From contig JAOQIN010000020.1 in NCBI GenBank assembly GCA_026134085.1, positions 1-32,302 on the forward strand: a DNA stretch of 32,302 nucleotides. Direction: 5' to 3'. Source of the stretch: Candidatus Methanoxibalbensis ujae. GTDB lineage: Archaea > Halobacteriota > Syntropharchaeia > Alkanophagales > Methanospirareceae. Of this stretch, positions 1-10,057 are shown piece by piece. The first letter of the stretch is position 1; each line of letters starts with the position of its first letter. A program made the translations under genes and the position numbers. Below the pieces are notes generated by a model. The model did not search any database. It was given only the letters and a program-made list of their open reading frames with translations, and was not told where the DNA came from.

Positions 1-404
1 CTGTTTTAGTTTATTGCTGAGCTACTTGCGAGGTATAGGTGTTGTGCTTGACCTGTGCCCGTTCACGGAGAAGTTCCCTATTGAATAATACTGCCTTACA
101 GTAGAGTGAATTCAGGTGGAGAGATGTGAGATCCTTCCAATTTTGTTTTCTTGCCGCCTCTCGGTTTTCCTGGCGATATATTTTCGATAGCTAAACCCGA
201 CCCCCATCTCCTTACTGTATTTTCACCCTCCCGGAATGGGTCTTGCAGAACAGAAAGATAAAAGAGTTGCTATTCTGAATGTGGTGAAATGCAAAAACAA
301 TTCTATTAAAAAAGAAGTTTATTAAGCAAAAAGACAGCGTCGTTGGCGTAGATTTAGAATGCAGTACTTCGCTTCACAATAGTGGAAAAATCACCGAAGT
401 TGAG

Positions 405-905
405 TGACACTCTCCACGTTTAAAGGGAGATTCCCTGTTCGTCTGCTTCATCCTACCGGGAGCTGAGTCAACAGACCATGCCATTGAGAACAAGGGCTCG
501 TTTCGTTTGATGATCCAGTCTGCATTCAGTTCCACGCATTTTAAACAAGCCTTCCGTTTTGCCTCAAACCTTCCCAAGCTGCTTTATCAATGAACTTTGA
601 CGGGTGATAATGCAGCTTTCTTATCCCTTTCAAATAATACACAGCATTCTCTTCCTCAGCTCTTATCTCTCCTGTGCAACAAATCGTCAACCCCCTTTTC
701 TCCTTATGCCCAATTTTAAACTTCTTTGGCTTTCTTAACTTTCTCCTTATAGTGTTCTGACTCTTCTGAGCTTCTGAGCCCCTTCTCATAGAGCTCCGGT
801 CTTTTATCAGCGGAGGAAACGGTGGCAATCTACCTTATTATTGATTGTTACCCTGAATCTAAAAAAGAAGTGTTTCACCTCCCCTGATTCATCCCACGGC
901 TAAAA
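405..905 (-). mobile_element. tnpB: Degenerate IS200/IS605-family element (tnpB remnant with many internal deletions and frameshifts)
   Basis: Minus-strand frames give TnpB-like pieces in the expected order: IATVSSADKRPELYE, IRRKLRKPKKFKIGHKEKR, VDDLLHR, AEEENAV..LKGIRK, KFIDKAAWEG, GLFK, ELNADW. The right-end-like GAATCTCCCTTTAAACGTGGAGAGTGTCA ends at 405, and the left-end-like TTTAGCCGTGGGATGAAT lies at ~887-904. Confidence 0.75.
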
Positions 906-947
906 CGTTCTCTTGCATCGCATATAGCATCGCATATATGAGCTCAT

Positions 948-1170
948 ATGTTGCCAAAAGGACGGAGAACGAGCAAGAGAATACAGAGACTGTGGAAGTG
1001 TATAAGAAGGATAAACGATTGGATCTCTCATAATCTCAGCAGGAGAACAGTTGAAATCGCCAAAGAAAACAATTCTATGAAATGGAAAAAGAGACCTTAT
1101 CCAGTTGAAGGCAAAACAGAATAACAGAAAATGGATTAGATTAGCAGGAGAGGGGCAAAATCGTTAAGCA
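948..1170 (+). pseudogene. tnpB: Second tnpB fragment (central helical region preceding RuvC-II)
   Basis: Frame from 948 reads LPKGRRTSKRIQRLWKCIRRINDWISHNLSRRTVEIAKENNSM, matching the TnpB pattern 'R..D..H..SR.IVE.A.E'. It then degenerates. Confidence 0.6.
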
Positions 1171-1261
1171 GGACAGTGGTTGCAGACACTCTAATGACAC
1201 TCTAATGCATCAATGAATCTGTGACTGTTGGCTGTGATTGTTGGCCTCCGCACGGGTTGCG

Positions 1262-2149
1262 TCACCCAGTCCTATGAGGCCCGGGGTGCTGACGATCCTG
1301 CTCATACAGTTCCTTCCTGCGTGCTTCAAGCATTTCAATTGGGCGACCTGCGAACTCAGCGGCTGTGAGGACTTCTGCGTTTTTATCGGATGCATATGCA
1401 TACACATCGGCGATGCGCTCTCTGTAGTTGAGATCACGGAGCAGATGGTGATCTATCACCACTTTCTCTGCGACATCAACAATCCGCTTCAGGTTCTCAA
1501 TTGAGCGTTCCAGACTCCTCTTTGAATACCGGTAGCCGAGCATGTATGTCATCGGACCGTCAACAAAAACCACATCAGGCGATGCGCTCAGCACGAATGA
1601 AACCTGCTCTTCAAGCGAAGGCCCTTCAACATCGCTCGTATAAACGAATTTTTCGCCACCGCACGCGATGCAGACCTCAACAACAAAACCCAGCCTTCTG
1701 TCAGTGCCATGAAACACCGCATTTGAAAATTTTATCGTTGTGGAACCGTGCCTGAACTCATGACCATCCGCTGTTTCAAGTGATCTCGGAACTCCTTTAA
1801 GCATTTCAATGAAATATTCCGCACGCTCATGCTGGCTTTTGTTTATGTTATATGCGGGATCCTTTACATAAACAACTTTATCCCTGTATATCTCAGGATT
1901 TTGAGGATTGTGGTGGTCATAATGGTAATGTGTCACTATAAGAACATCAGCATCCTCAGCCACCTCCACTATTTCAGACCATAACTCTCTCATTCTCTTT
2001 TCTTCTGTCTGATGAGGTGCAAGGTTGTATCTTAAAGGCGCGAGTGACACACCAGCATCTATCAAAATGCGAATGTCCGAAGACTCAACAAACGTCGCCA
2101 TTGAGCGCACTCCAAAACTGTCAAACGCAAGCGGCTTTATCTCAAGCAT
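1262..2149 (-). CDS. MBL-fold metallo-hydrolase (archaeal UPF0282 family)
   Basis: N-terminal LAFDSFGVRSMATFVE, THYHYDHH metal motif, SDVEGP, DHHLLRD, C-terminal LEARRKELY. Confidence 0.9.
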   Translation of the reverse strand: MLEIKPLAFDSFGVRSMATFVESSDIRILIDAGVSLAPLRYNLAPHQTEEKRMRELWSEIVEVAEDADVLIVTHYHYDHHNPQNPEIYRDKVVYVKDPAYNINKSQHERAEYFIEMLKGVPRSLETADGHEFRHGSTTIKFSNAVFHGTDRRLGFVVEVCIACGGEKFVYTSDVEGPSLEEQVSFVLSASPDVVFVDGPMTYMLGYRYSKRSLERSIENLKRIVDVAEKVVIDHHLLRDLNYRERIADVYAYASDKNAEVLTAAEFAGRPIEMLEARRKELYEQDRQHPGPHRTG

Positions 2150-2809
2150 CTCCCTGTTTTTTTTTGTTTGTGTTTGTTTTCTTTTTTTCTTTATGTTTTT
2201 TATTTTCTGTTTTTGTTTTTTTATTTTTTATTTTTGTTTATCATAGAACATATCATGAAACAACCTGCTGCTCCAAGTGATGCAGGTCAGCTTCAAGCTG
2301 CTCTCGGATGCCCACTCATAGAGCCTCCGACATTGTTGTTTTCGTTTTCTCAGCCTGAGGCTTTTTTGCTTCACATCTACGCCACAGGCTTCTTGATGCT
2401 GCCGACGCCTTTTGAGAGCCCTCCATCCTTATAGTCCTTATCTTATCGTCCCTATCAGAAAGCAAGGAGTTCCGTCATGTCTGAATGCGTTTTTGTATCA
2501 CATAGACTGTCAGTGGAGTAATCTCCGACGAAAGAGAACCCGGAGGAATCTCTCACATTTCTTCTGCCAGTCTTATGTTCACATCTCACGTTCATTCATG
2601 TTCATAGCCCATCATTCGACATAGGATTTACCAGCAGGATTTACCATTCATTTTGCTAAAAATTTCCTTTTTTCTTTCAGAAGGTTCACATGTGACTCTA
2701 TGGCTGATTTGAATAAAAAAGACAAAAGACAGAGAGAAGAATTAGATGAATTTACTTGTTTGGGTGTTCCCCTTGAATGCTGTTACATAAAGCGGCTGGT
2801 GTGGAAGAT

Positions 2810-4099
2810 ATGGAAGGAGATGAAGGAGAAAATATTGTGAAGATCCTGAGGCTTTCAGGAGGCATCTGCGCTGTTTCAGGTGTGATGGCTGGCGGCGTGA
2901 GAGATGGAAGGAACGGTCTCGCACTCATAGTCGGAGGGGGTCCGGCAGCAGGAATGTTCACTGCGAACAGATTGAGAGCTGCGCCTGTTCTGATAACTGC
3001 GAAGAGAGTCGGTTATGGAAAAATATCAGCAATTATAGCGAACAGCGGCTGCGCAAACGCATTCACTGGCGATGAGGGCTATGAGAAAGCGATAAAAATG
3101 GGCGATCTTGTATCTTCAAGATTCAATATCCATGCGGATGAAGTGGCAGTCGCATCTACAGGACCAATAGGCAAGCCACTTGACATGGATCTGATCACAA
3201 AACAGTTTCAAAAAGTTGCAAAATCGCTGTCTGATGGACCTGAGGGAAGTTCAGCAGCTGCGAGCGCGATAATGACAACCGACACTTACAGGAAGGAAGA
3301 AGCTGTTGCCGTTTTTGTCAGAGATGCCGGGCAAAGTGCAGGCAGCGCGGGTGGGAGAAGTGCTGAGAGATGTGTTGCGAGGATAGGAGGGATTGCCAAG
3401 GGTTCTGGCATGATCTTCCCTCATCTGCAGGAGGCGACAATGCTCGCTTTCATATACACTGATGCGGCACTGAGCGCCGAAACACTGCGGAAATGCCTGC
3501 GAGAGGCGGTGGAGAACTCCTTCAACATGATAGTTGTGGACGGAGACATGAGCACGAATGACATGGTTCTTCTTGTATCATCCTCCACAAACGATTCATC
3601 AACTTCATCGGCGATGAGAGATGAGGGCGATGAGCGCGAGATGGCAGCCTTTCAGAAGGGACTTGACTTTGTATGCATGTCGCTCGCGAGGATGATCGCC
3701 CGTGATGGAGAGGGTGCAACGAAATTCATGGAGGTTCATGTGAGAGGTGCCGCTTCCGTTGAGGATGCCCGGAGGGCTGCCCGCGCAGTTGCGAGAAGTC
3801 CGCTCGTGAAGTGCTCGCTTTTCGGAGAGAAGCCGTTTTGGGGGCGAGTCATTGCCGCTCTCGGCGCTTCAGGTGTTGAAATAGAGAGGAAAAAGCTGAA
3901 AATGTGGGTGAGCGGCAGCAGAAGCGACAGGATTCTCGTAGCCTCAGATGGGAGAATATTGAATGTGATGGACGCGAGGCGTATGCTGATGGGCGCTCGT
4001 GAAATCCGCCTTGAGATTGATCTCGGTGTCGGGAACTCATCAGCAACAGCATGGGGCTGTGATCTCTCATATGAGTATGTGAGGATAAACGCCGAGTGA
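2810..4099 (+). CDS. argJ: Ornithine acetyltransferase / N-acetylglutamate synthase ArgJ
   Basis: Motifs NSGCANAFTG, STGPIG, IMTTDT, GIAKGSGMI, autocleavage ATML, DGDMSTND, RDGEGATK, AWGCDLSYEYVRINA. The ORF is open from 2777; ATG 2810 is the likelier start. Confidence 0.95.
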   Translation: MEGDEGENIVKILRLSGGICAVSGVMAGGVRDGRNGLALIVGGGPAAGMFTANRLRAAPVLITAKRVGYGKISAIIANSGCANAFTGDEGYEKAIKMGDLVSSRFNIHADEVAVASTGPIGKPLDMDLITKQFQKVAKSLSDGPEGSSAAASAIMTTDTYRKEEAVAVFVRDAGQSAGSAGGRSAERCVARIGGIAKGSGMIFPHLQEATMLAFIYTDAALSAETLRKCLREAVENSFNMIVVDGDMSTNDMVLLVSSSTNDSSTSSAMRDEGDEREMAAFQKGLDFVCMSLARMIARDGEGATKFMEVHVRGAASVEDARRAARAVARSPLVKCSLFGEKPFWGRVIAALGASGVEIERKKLKMWVSGSRSDRILVASDGRILNVMDARRMLMGAREIRLEIDLGVGNSSATAWGCDLSYEYVRINAE

Positions 4100-4147
4100 C
4101 TCTTTTGAGTATGTGAGGAGATTGCTGAGAGGAGGGAAAGGAAAGAG

Positions 4148-4867
4148 GTGGTGAGCATGCAAAGCGCATGTGAATCCAAACCCTGGAAACATTGGCGGCA
4201 CATCACGAAGCTTGACCCTGACAGAGAAATTTCAGAGGAAGATCTGAAAATCATAGTTGAAAGCGGGACGGATGCGATAATGATATCGGGAACGCAAAAT
4301 GTCACAGCTGAAAATGTGAATCATCTTGTTTCTATGCTCTCATCATATGATATCCCAAAGATTCTTGAGCCATCAAACCCAGAATCAATTATTTATGAGG
4401 GTGTTGATTATGTGTTTGTCCCTTCCGTTCTGAATGCTGATGTGAAGTGGTTGAGAGATATTCATGTGAAATGGATAAAATCGGATGATATAAGGTGGGA
4501 TATGATCGTTCCCGAGGCATATATCGTGCTGAATCCTTCATCTGCGGTGGCAGTCCTGACGAATGCGAATACAGCGCTTGGTGTGGAGGATGTTGTCGCC
4601 TACGGTATATTCGCGGAGCGTTTCCTGCGTTTTCCCATTGTCTATATAGAATACAGCGGGAAATTCGGAGATGTTTCCATTGTCAGAGCATTGAGGGAGG
4701 CTTTGAGCGGAGCATCATTGTTCTACGGCGGCGGGATAAATTCAGCGGAGCGTGCGGCGGAGATGCTGAAGTATGCGGATGTCATAGTCGTCGGGAATGT
4801 CGTGTATGAAGATATGCAAAAATTCATGGAAACTGTTGTGACAGGGCAACAGCAGCCGGAATTGTGA
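4148..4867 (+). CDS. pcrB: Geranylgeranylglyceryl/heptaprenylglyceryl phosphate synthase (group I, PcrB-like)
   Basis: WRHITKLDPD, SGTDAIMISGT, EAYIVLNP, IVYIEYSG, LFYGGGI, ADVIVVGN. Confidence 0.9.
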   Translation: MVSMQSACESKPWKHWRHITKLDPDREISEEDLKIIVESGTDAIMISGTQNVTAENVNHLVSMLSSYDIPKILEPSNPESIIYEGVDYVFVPSVLNADVKWLRDIHVKWIKSDDIRWDMIVPEAYIVLNPSSAVAVLTNANTALGVEDVVAYGIFAERFLRFPIVYIEYSGKFGDVSIVRALREALSGASLFYGGGINSAERAAEMLKYADVIVVGNVVYEDMQKFMETVVTGQQQPEL

Positions 4868-4963
4868 GGTGCGCTGTGCGCTGTGCGTGCCAGATGTTAA
4901 ATGTGTCGGGATGTGCCACCATATGATTATTTTGAAGTCGGAGCAAGATAAGGAGATGGGGAT

Positions 4964-5458
4964 ATGACGACTGTGTATGATGTGCCTGCTGAGGAGCTTG
5001 TAAAAGCGGTTGCGGAGAAGCTGAAAAAGATGCGAGCGATTTCGATGCCGAAGTGGTGCATTCATGTGAAGACCGGCTGTCACAAGGAGCTGCCGCCTGC
5101 ACAGCCTGATTGGTGGTATATTCGGTGTGCATCAATCCTCCGTCAGATTTACATACACGGCCCCTTGGGAGTCTCGCGATTGCGCACGAGATATGGCGGA
5201 AGGGATCGTAGAGGTGTGAAGAGGGAGCATTTCAGGAAGGCATCTGGTAAGATAATAAGGGCTGCGCTGTCTCAACTTGAGCATGCGGAGCTTGTCGTGA
5301 AAACAAAGGAAGGTCGTAAAATATCGCCCAAGGGGCAGTCACTGCTTGACAACACCGCACATGAGATATTTATGAAAATTAAGGAACGCTACACTCCTGT
5401 GTGGATCAGGAAACCCATTGCGGCTGCCGAGGGAGAGGAAGAAGAATCTCAAACATGA
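4964..5458 (+). CDS. rps19e: 30S ribosomal protein S19e
   Basis: MTTVYDVPA, VKTGxHKELPP, DWWYIRCASILR, GVSRLRTRYGGR, GRKISPKGQSLLD. Confidence 0.97.
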   Translation: MTTVYDVPAEELVKAVAEKLKKMRAISMPKWCIHVKTGCHKELPPAQPDWWYIRCASILRQIYIHGPLGVSRLRTRYGGRDRRGVKREHFRKASGKIIRAALSQLEHAELVVKTKEGRKISPKGQSLLDNTAHEIFMKIKERYTPVWIRKPIAAAEGEEEESQT

Positions 5459-5526
5459 CTGCGCTGTTGCCTGAGATGCTGAGTTGCCTGAGATGCTGAG
5501 GAGGTGTGAGGACGGGAGGTGCTGAA

Positions 5527-5874
5527 ATGTCATCTGAAGAAGAGATTGAGATGTTGCGAAAAAAGAAAATGGAGCAGTTGATGATGCAGCAGCAGTTGCA
5601 GCAGGTGGGAGCGGCGATAGAGCAGGAGGAGAGGAGGAAGCAGGAGGAGGAGGCAAAACGGATAATACTGAGACAGCTGCTCACGCCTGAAGCGAGGGAG
5701 CGCCTCACGAACATAAAACTTGCAAAACCGGAAGTTGGTGAGCAGATAGAAAACATGCTTGTGACGCTCGCACAGAGCGGAAGGATAAAGACACGAATAA
5801 CTGATACACAGTTGAAGGAGATCCTCAGGCAGATAATGCCCAGGAAGCGTGAGATAACAATCAGAAGAATATGA
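5527..5874 (+). CDS. DNA-binding protein, PDCD5/TFAR19 family
   Basis: [40 protein letters not shown]. Follows rps19e, the usual archaeal arrangement. Confidence 0.93.
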   Translation: MSSEEEIEMLRKKKMEQLMMQQQLQQVGAAIEQEERRKQEEEAKRIILRQLLTPEARERLTNIKLAKPEVGEQIENMLVTLAQSGRIKTRITDTQLKEILRQIMPRKREITIRRI

Positions 5875-5898
5875 GATCAATCATATAAGAAGAAGGCG

Positions 5899-6711
5899 AT
5901 GAAGTGGCGGATACCTGAGAACCATCCGAGATATGAGTCTTTGAAGCGGAGGGAAAGACTTGTTGAGTGTTTTTTCAGAGGAATCACCGACATTCACGGG
6001 CTTATCGCTCACGGCAGGGGAGAGGCGTTTGACTATCTTATCGGTGAGCATACAACCGAATCTGCGATGAAAGCAACTGAGGTAGCAGCAGAAATCTTGC
6101 TGACAGCGAGAAAACCTGTTATATCTGTGAACGGAAATGTGGCAGCTCTCGCCCCTCATGAAATTGTCAGCCTGAGCAATGTCACAGGTGCGCGCATAGA
6201 GGTGAACCTCTTCCACAGAACCGAGGATAGAGTGATGCGAATAAAGAAACTGCTTGAGAAATACGGTGCAAGAGATGTTCTCGGAGAGAATGCGGACATC
6301 CATATACCGGGATTGAAACACACCCGCGGCATGGTTGAGCGTGATGGCATTTATGATGCTGATGTCGTGCTCGTCTCCCTTGAGGACGGTGACAGGTGCG
6401 AGGCCCTCGTCAATATGGGAAAAATTGTCATCGCAATAGACCTGAATCCCCTGTCCAGAACAGCTCAGAGCGCAACTGTCACAATTGTTGATGATGTCGA
6501 GCGCGCATTGCGAAATATGATAGAATTCGTCAGAAAAAAACAAAATGAAATGAAAAAGAACAAAAACAAAATGGAAGAAACAAATAAAAAAAATAATTTT
6601 CAAAAAATATTAAATGGATATGATAACCGCAAAATATTGAATGAGGTTTTGGAGCATATTGTGCGCAGATTGCTGAGTCTGGCGGAATCCGATACTGATA
6701 TGCTGATATGA
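5899..6711 (+). CDS. pps: 4-phosphopantoate--beta-alanine ligase (archaeal phosphopantothenate synthetase)
   Basis: IPENHPRYESL, GLIAHGRGEAFDYLIGE, PVISVNGN, EVNLFHRT, LEDGDRCEAL, IDLNPLSRT. Confidence 0.92.
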   Translation: MKWRIPENHPRYESLKRRERLVECFFRGITDIHGLIAHGRGEAFDYLIGEHTTESAMKATEVAAEILLTARKPVISVNGNVAALAPHEIVSLSNVTGARIEVNLFHRTEDRVMRIKKLLEKYGARDVLGENADIHIPGLKHTRGMVERDGIYDADVVLVSLEDGDRCEALVNMGKIVIAIDLNPLSRTAQSATVTIVDDVERALRNMIEFVRKKQNEMKKNKNKMEETNKKNNFQKILNGYDNRKILNEVLEHIVRRLLSLAESDTDMLI

Positions 6712-6795
6712 TATGATCAAATGAGATGTGAATGTTTATGGATTTGTGGTGTAGAAGCGCATGCTGTCGCAGTATGCGGATGAGAGGTTGATAGG

Positions 6796-7323
6796 ATGAG
6801 GGGGAGGATGCGCAGGAGGAGATGTGTCAGGTTCATGCCTTATTTCTGGTATTTTGAGCCTCGTGCCCCTCCTTCAGCGCTTGATACACAATCATCACAG
6901 TCACAATCATCACAATCATCACAATCACCACAATCATCTCAATCGTCACAGCCACCACAATCATCACAACCTCCACAAACACAGGCATCGCCTGGCGGAG
7001 AGCAGATATTGAGGATTGAGGAGCTTGAGAGCATTCGTCTGAAAGACCTTCTCGGAATGACGCAGGAAGAGGCTGCGAGGTATATGGGCGTTTCACAGCC
7101 GACATTCCACAGAATACTCACCGAGGCACATCGTAAAATAGCCAAGGCGCTTGTTGAAGGCAATGCGATAAGGATAGAAGGAGGTAATTTCGTGCTTGTC
7201 AGGGATGAAAGAACTCCTCATACGACGCCTCCAGACACATCAACGACAAAACCGCCAGATCGCTCTCCAGCACCGCCTCATGCTCAGCACATGAGATGTC
7301 GCAGGCATGGCGCTTGGTGGTGA
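6796..7323 (+). CDS. DUF134 (UPF0251) HTH DNA-binding protein with Ser/Gln/Pro repeat insertion
   Basis: EELESIRLKDLLGMTQEEAARYMGVSQPTFHRILTEAHRKIAKALVEGNAIRIEGG; Arg-rich N-terminus. Confidence 0.9.
   Translation: MRGRMRRRRCVRFMPYFWYFEPRAPPSALDTQSSQSQSSQSSQSPQSSQSSQPPQSSQPPQTQASPGGEQILRIEELESIRLKDLLGMTQEEAARYMGVSQPTFHRILTEAHRKIAKALVEGNAIRIEGGNFVLVRDERTPHTTPPDTSTTKPPDRSPAPPHAQHMRCRRHGAWW
6886..6982 (+). repeat. Imperfect 9-bp tandem repeat (ACAATCATC-type) within the DUF134 gene
   Basis: About ten imperfect units encoding QSS/QSP/QPP. Confidence 0.9.
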
Positions 7324-7437
7324 CTGTTTCTTTCATCGTTCTATCGTTCAGGCACACATCGCATGGACGGGGGCAATGGGATGATGCCTCACACAAACAC
7401 ACCTCATATAAGAGTGTGAGCGAAAGCTCATAATAAT

Positions 7438-7869
7438 ATGGCGCCATCTGTGTTTGATGAGGTGTCTGAGGAGGAAAAGAAAGCGGATAAAGAACACACG
7501 AAAGAGCACGGGGATTTCAACATAACCCCAAGAGACATTGTGGCGTTTGAAGCCGGCATAAAGCTCGGTGCACTGTATCATCAGTTCATCGGAACTCCTC
7601 TCAACTCAGAAACAGTGAGCAGGCTTGAACAGACGATAGAGCGCAGTGTGAAACTTCAACCATTTGTAAAAGATGTGTATGTGAGGATAGATCGCAACAA
7701 ATTGCGTGCGCGGAAAAACCGCTTTGGCTACTGTGAGCTTCAGGGGGATATGATTGATGTGCAGATAAGGGTATCTTATAATGATATTGAGGCATATGCA
7801 TGTCTTCAATACAACGAAAACATGAAATATCCTCTCATGTTTTTGCAGAAAATCGTTGTGAAAAAGTGA
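7438..7869 (+). CDS. mptD: Archaeal dihydroneopterin aldolase
   Basis: AFEAGIKLGALYHQFIGTP, IERSVKLQPFV, FGYCEL, YPLM. Confidence 0.9.
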   Translation: MAPSVFDEVSEEEKKADKEHTKEHGDFNITPRDIVAFEAGIKLGALYHQFIGTPLNSETVSRLEQTIERSVKLQPFVKDVYVRIDRNKLRARKNRFGYCELQGDMIDVQIRVSYNDIEAYACLQYNENMKYPLMFLQKIVVKK

Positions 7870-7986
7870 AGTGGTCGTGAGAAAGTAAAAATAGAAGTAA
7901 TAATATTAAAATAATAAAATAAAAAAATAAAACATAAAACAAAAAAGAAAATCACTGCGTTCTGCACTGTGCGCTGCAGTGCGCTT

Positions 7987-8749
7987 CTTTCAATCCTACC
8001 ATAGTCCGTGTTTAACTCTATAACCAGCGGCTCACTCCATTCATATTCGGATCTTTCAATCCTACCATAGTCCGTGTTTAACGCTTCACTTATTATGTGT
8101 TTTATTTCGTCTATATTCTCTTTCAATCCTACCATAGTCCGTGTTTAACCAGGGCAACGATGGAATAAGCATAGAGAGGATCATAGACTTTCAATCCTAC
8201 CATAGTCCGTGTTTAACATAAGGTATCACCTTACAACAAATGGCGAAGCAGAGCTTTCAATCCTACCATAGTCCGTGTTTAACGGAGGCCGAAGAGAAAG
8301 CCAAGCAGTCCTTCAAGGCTTTCAATCCTACCATAGTCCGTGTTTAACGAAGTCTAATGAAAGCGCTCGCTCTCTACATCTCTTCTTTCAATCCTACCAT
8401 AGTCCGTGTTTAACCTATTTCTTCCCTGTTTAGGTCGTATTGCTCTTTTATGTCTTTCAATCCTACCATAGTCCGTGTTTAACCCGTTATTATATAGTTG
8501 TTTGAAGTTTAAATAATTTGCTTTCAATCCTACCATAGTCCGTGTTTAACATAATTCCTCCTGATGTACTTGCAAAAGCTGCCTCTCTTTCAATCCTACC
8601 ATAGTCCGTGTTTAACTGAATTTGATACCTACATCTGCTACATACCAGTAATTCTTTCAATCCTACCATAGTCCGTGTTTAACTCTTCTTCCAACTGCTT
8701 TATTTTGTCTTCTCTACGCCTTTCAATCCTACCATAGTCCGTGTTTAAC
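7987..8749 (-). CRISPR. CRISPR array: 12 identical 30-bp repeats, 11 spacers of 35-39 bp
   Basis: CTTTCAATCCTACCATAGTCCGTGTTTAAC starts at 7987, 8053, 8120, 8188, 8254, 8319, 8385, 8454, 8521, 8587, 8654 and 8720. The reverse complement GTTAAACACGGACTATGGTAGGATTGAAAG ends in the canonical ATTGAAAG handle of archaeal type I-B/III repeats, which gives the orientation. Confidence 0.99.
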
Positions 8750-8880
8750 AGCCTCTGATATTTCTCATTTCCCCGTATATCGGGGATCTCCTTTCTTCCT
8801 CAGCGATGCCTCCTCTCGAATCTATGATCATGCCCCCCATATATAAAGGTTGCCGACGATTGAATCTTATTATTGAGCAT
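8750..8880 (-). promoter_or_regulatory. Putative CRISPR leader with TATA box
   Basis: Non-coding stretch 5' of the array in its inferred orientation; TTTATATAT on the minus strand at 8847-8839. Confidence 0.6.
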
Positions 8881-8942
8881 CTTCAGTATTCAGCTCTCTT
8901 ATATGAGAGAGGTCAGAATGAGCAGAGTGCCGAGGGGAGGAG

Positions 8943-9998
8943 GTGGCAGCGGGAGTGAGGAGATTGGGGGTTGGAAAGGTTGATTATGATCTGCTGGAGC
9001 ATTTGATAGGATATGGAGGGGTTGAGGATTCAAGCGTGTTGGTGAGGTCTCGCATAGGAGAAGATGCGGCAGTTGTCTCAATATGCGAAAAATTGATCGT
9101 TGTGAAAACTGACCCGATAGTCTGTGTTGAGGAGGACATCGGTTATTATGCACCCATCATAAACGCGAACGACATCGCTGTGATGGGTGCTGTGCCTCGC
9201 TGGTTTCTTGCGACCGTGCTTCTTCCGAGAGATGCTGACGAGCGTCTTGCAGATAAAATATTCAGGCAGATGGACGAGAGCTGCCGAATGCTCAAAGTTT
9301 CAATCATAGGAGGACACACAGAGGTTGTTGCAGACCTTGAGAGACCGATAATCGCGGGCATGATGCTCGGCACTGTTGAGCGTGAGCGGCTTGTGACGAA
9401 ATCAGCAGATGAGGGAGACGCTGTTCTGCTTGTCAAAGGCATCGCAATTGAAGGAACAAGCATAATAGCGAGGGAGAGAGCAGAAGAGGTTCGCAAAAAA
9501 CATGGCAGCAGTTTTCACGAGCGATGCTTGAATTTCGTGCGCACACCCGGCATATCTGTCGTGAGAGAGGCAATGATAGCGAGAGACTTCGCATCCGCAA
9601 TGCATGACCCCACAGAAGGCGGACTGCTCGCAGGAATTTACGAACTTGCAGCCGCTTGCGACAAAGGTGTGATCATATGGCTTGATAAAATTCCGATATA
9701 CGAAGAAACAAAAATATTGTGCGATGATTTTGGATTGAATCCTCTCGCTATATTTGCATCAGGAGCACTTATTGTAACAGTTAATCCCGATAAACTGGAA
9801 TATTTATATCAAAAATATGAAAAAGAGGGAATAAAAGCTGTCAAAATAGGAGAGATAACGGCGAAAGAGAGCGGGATGTGGATGATAAGAGGAAATGAGA
9901 AAGTGCCTTTGAGGTTTTCAGCTAAGGATGAGGTGAGTGTGAAGCTGTTCTCTTCATCAGCACTCAAATCATCATATCATTCATCATATCATTCATGA
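8943..9998 (+). CDS. AIR synthase-family (HypE/ThiL/PurM-like) protein
   Basis: GEDAAV, KTDPI, INANDIAVMGAVP, GGHTEV, AMHDPTEGGL, ASGALIV. Confidence 0.88.
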   Translation: MAAGVRRLGVGKVDYDLLEHLIGYGGVEDSSVLVRSRIGEDAAVVSICEKLIVVKTDPIVCVEEDIGYYAPIINANDIAVMGAVPRWFLATVLLPRDADERLADKIFRQMDESCRMLKVSIIGGHTEVVADLERPIIAGMMLGTVERERLVTKSADEGDAVLLVKGIAIEGTSIIARERAEEVRKKHGSSFHERCLNFVRTPGISVVREAMIARDFASAMHDPTEGGLLAGIYELAAACDKGVIIWLDKIPIYEETKILCDDFGLNPLAIFASGALIVTVNPDKLEYLYQKYEKEGIKAVKIGEITAKESGMWMIRGNEKVPLRFSAKDEVSVKLFSSSALKSSYHSSYHS

Positions 9999-10057
9999 CC
10001 TGATTGACTCATGAGGATGAGGACTCACGAAGACTCACGACACGACTCATCTCATCA

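Noticed and set aside
95..225. Minus-strand VRRWGSGLAI resembling an AbrB/MazE N-terminus
   Set aside because: The match is only ten residues, with no proper start or continuation.
2017..2434. Phe-rich plus-strand ORFs that look like membrane proteins
   Set aside because: They are artefacts of the poly-T tract.
6824..7012. His/Asn-rich ORF (HNHHSHNHH...)
   Set aside because: It is an alternate-frame reading of the 9-bp repeat inside the DUF134 gene.
7806..8536. Minus-strand ORFs with repeated LNTDYGRIER peptides
   Set aside because: These are translations of the CRISPR repeats, not genes.
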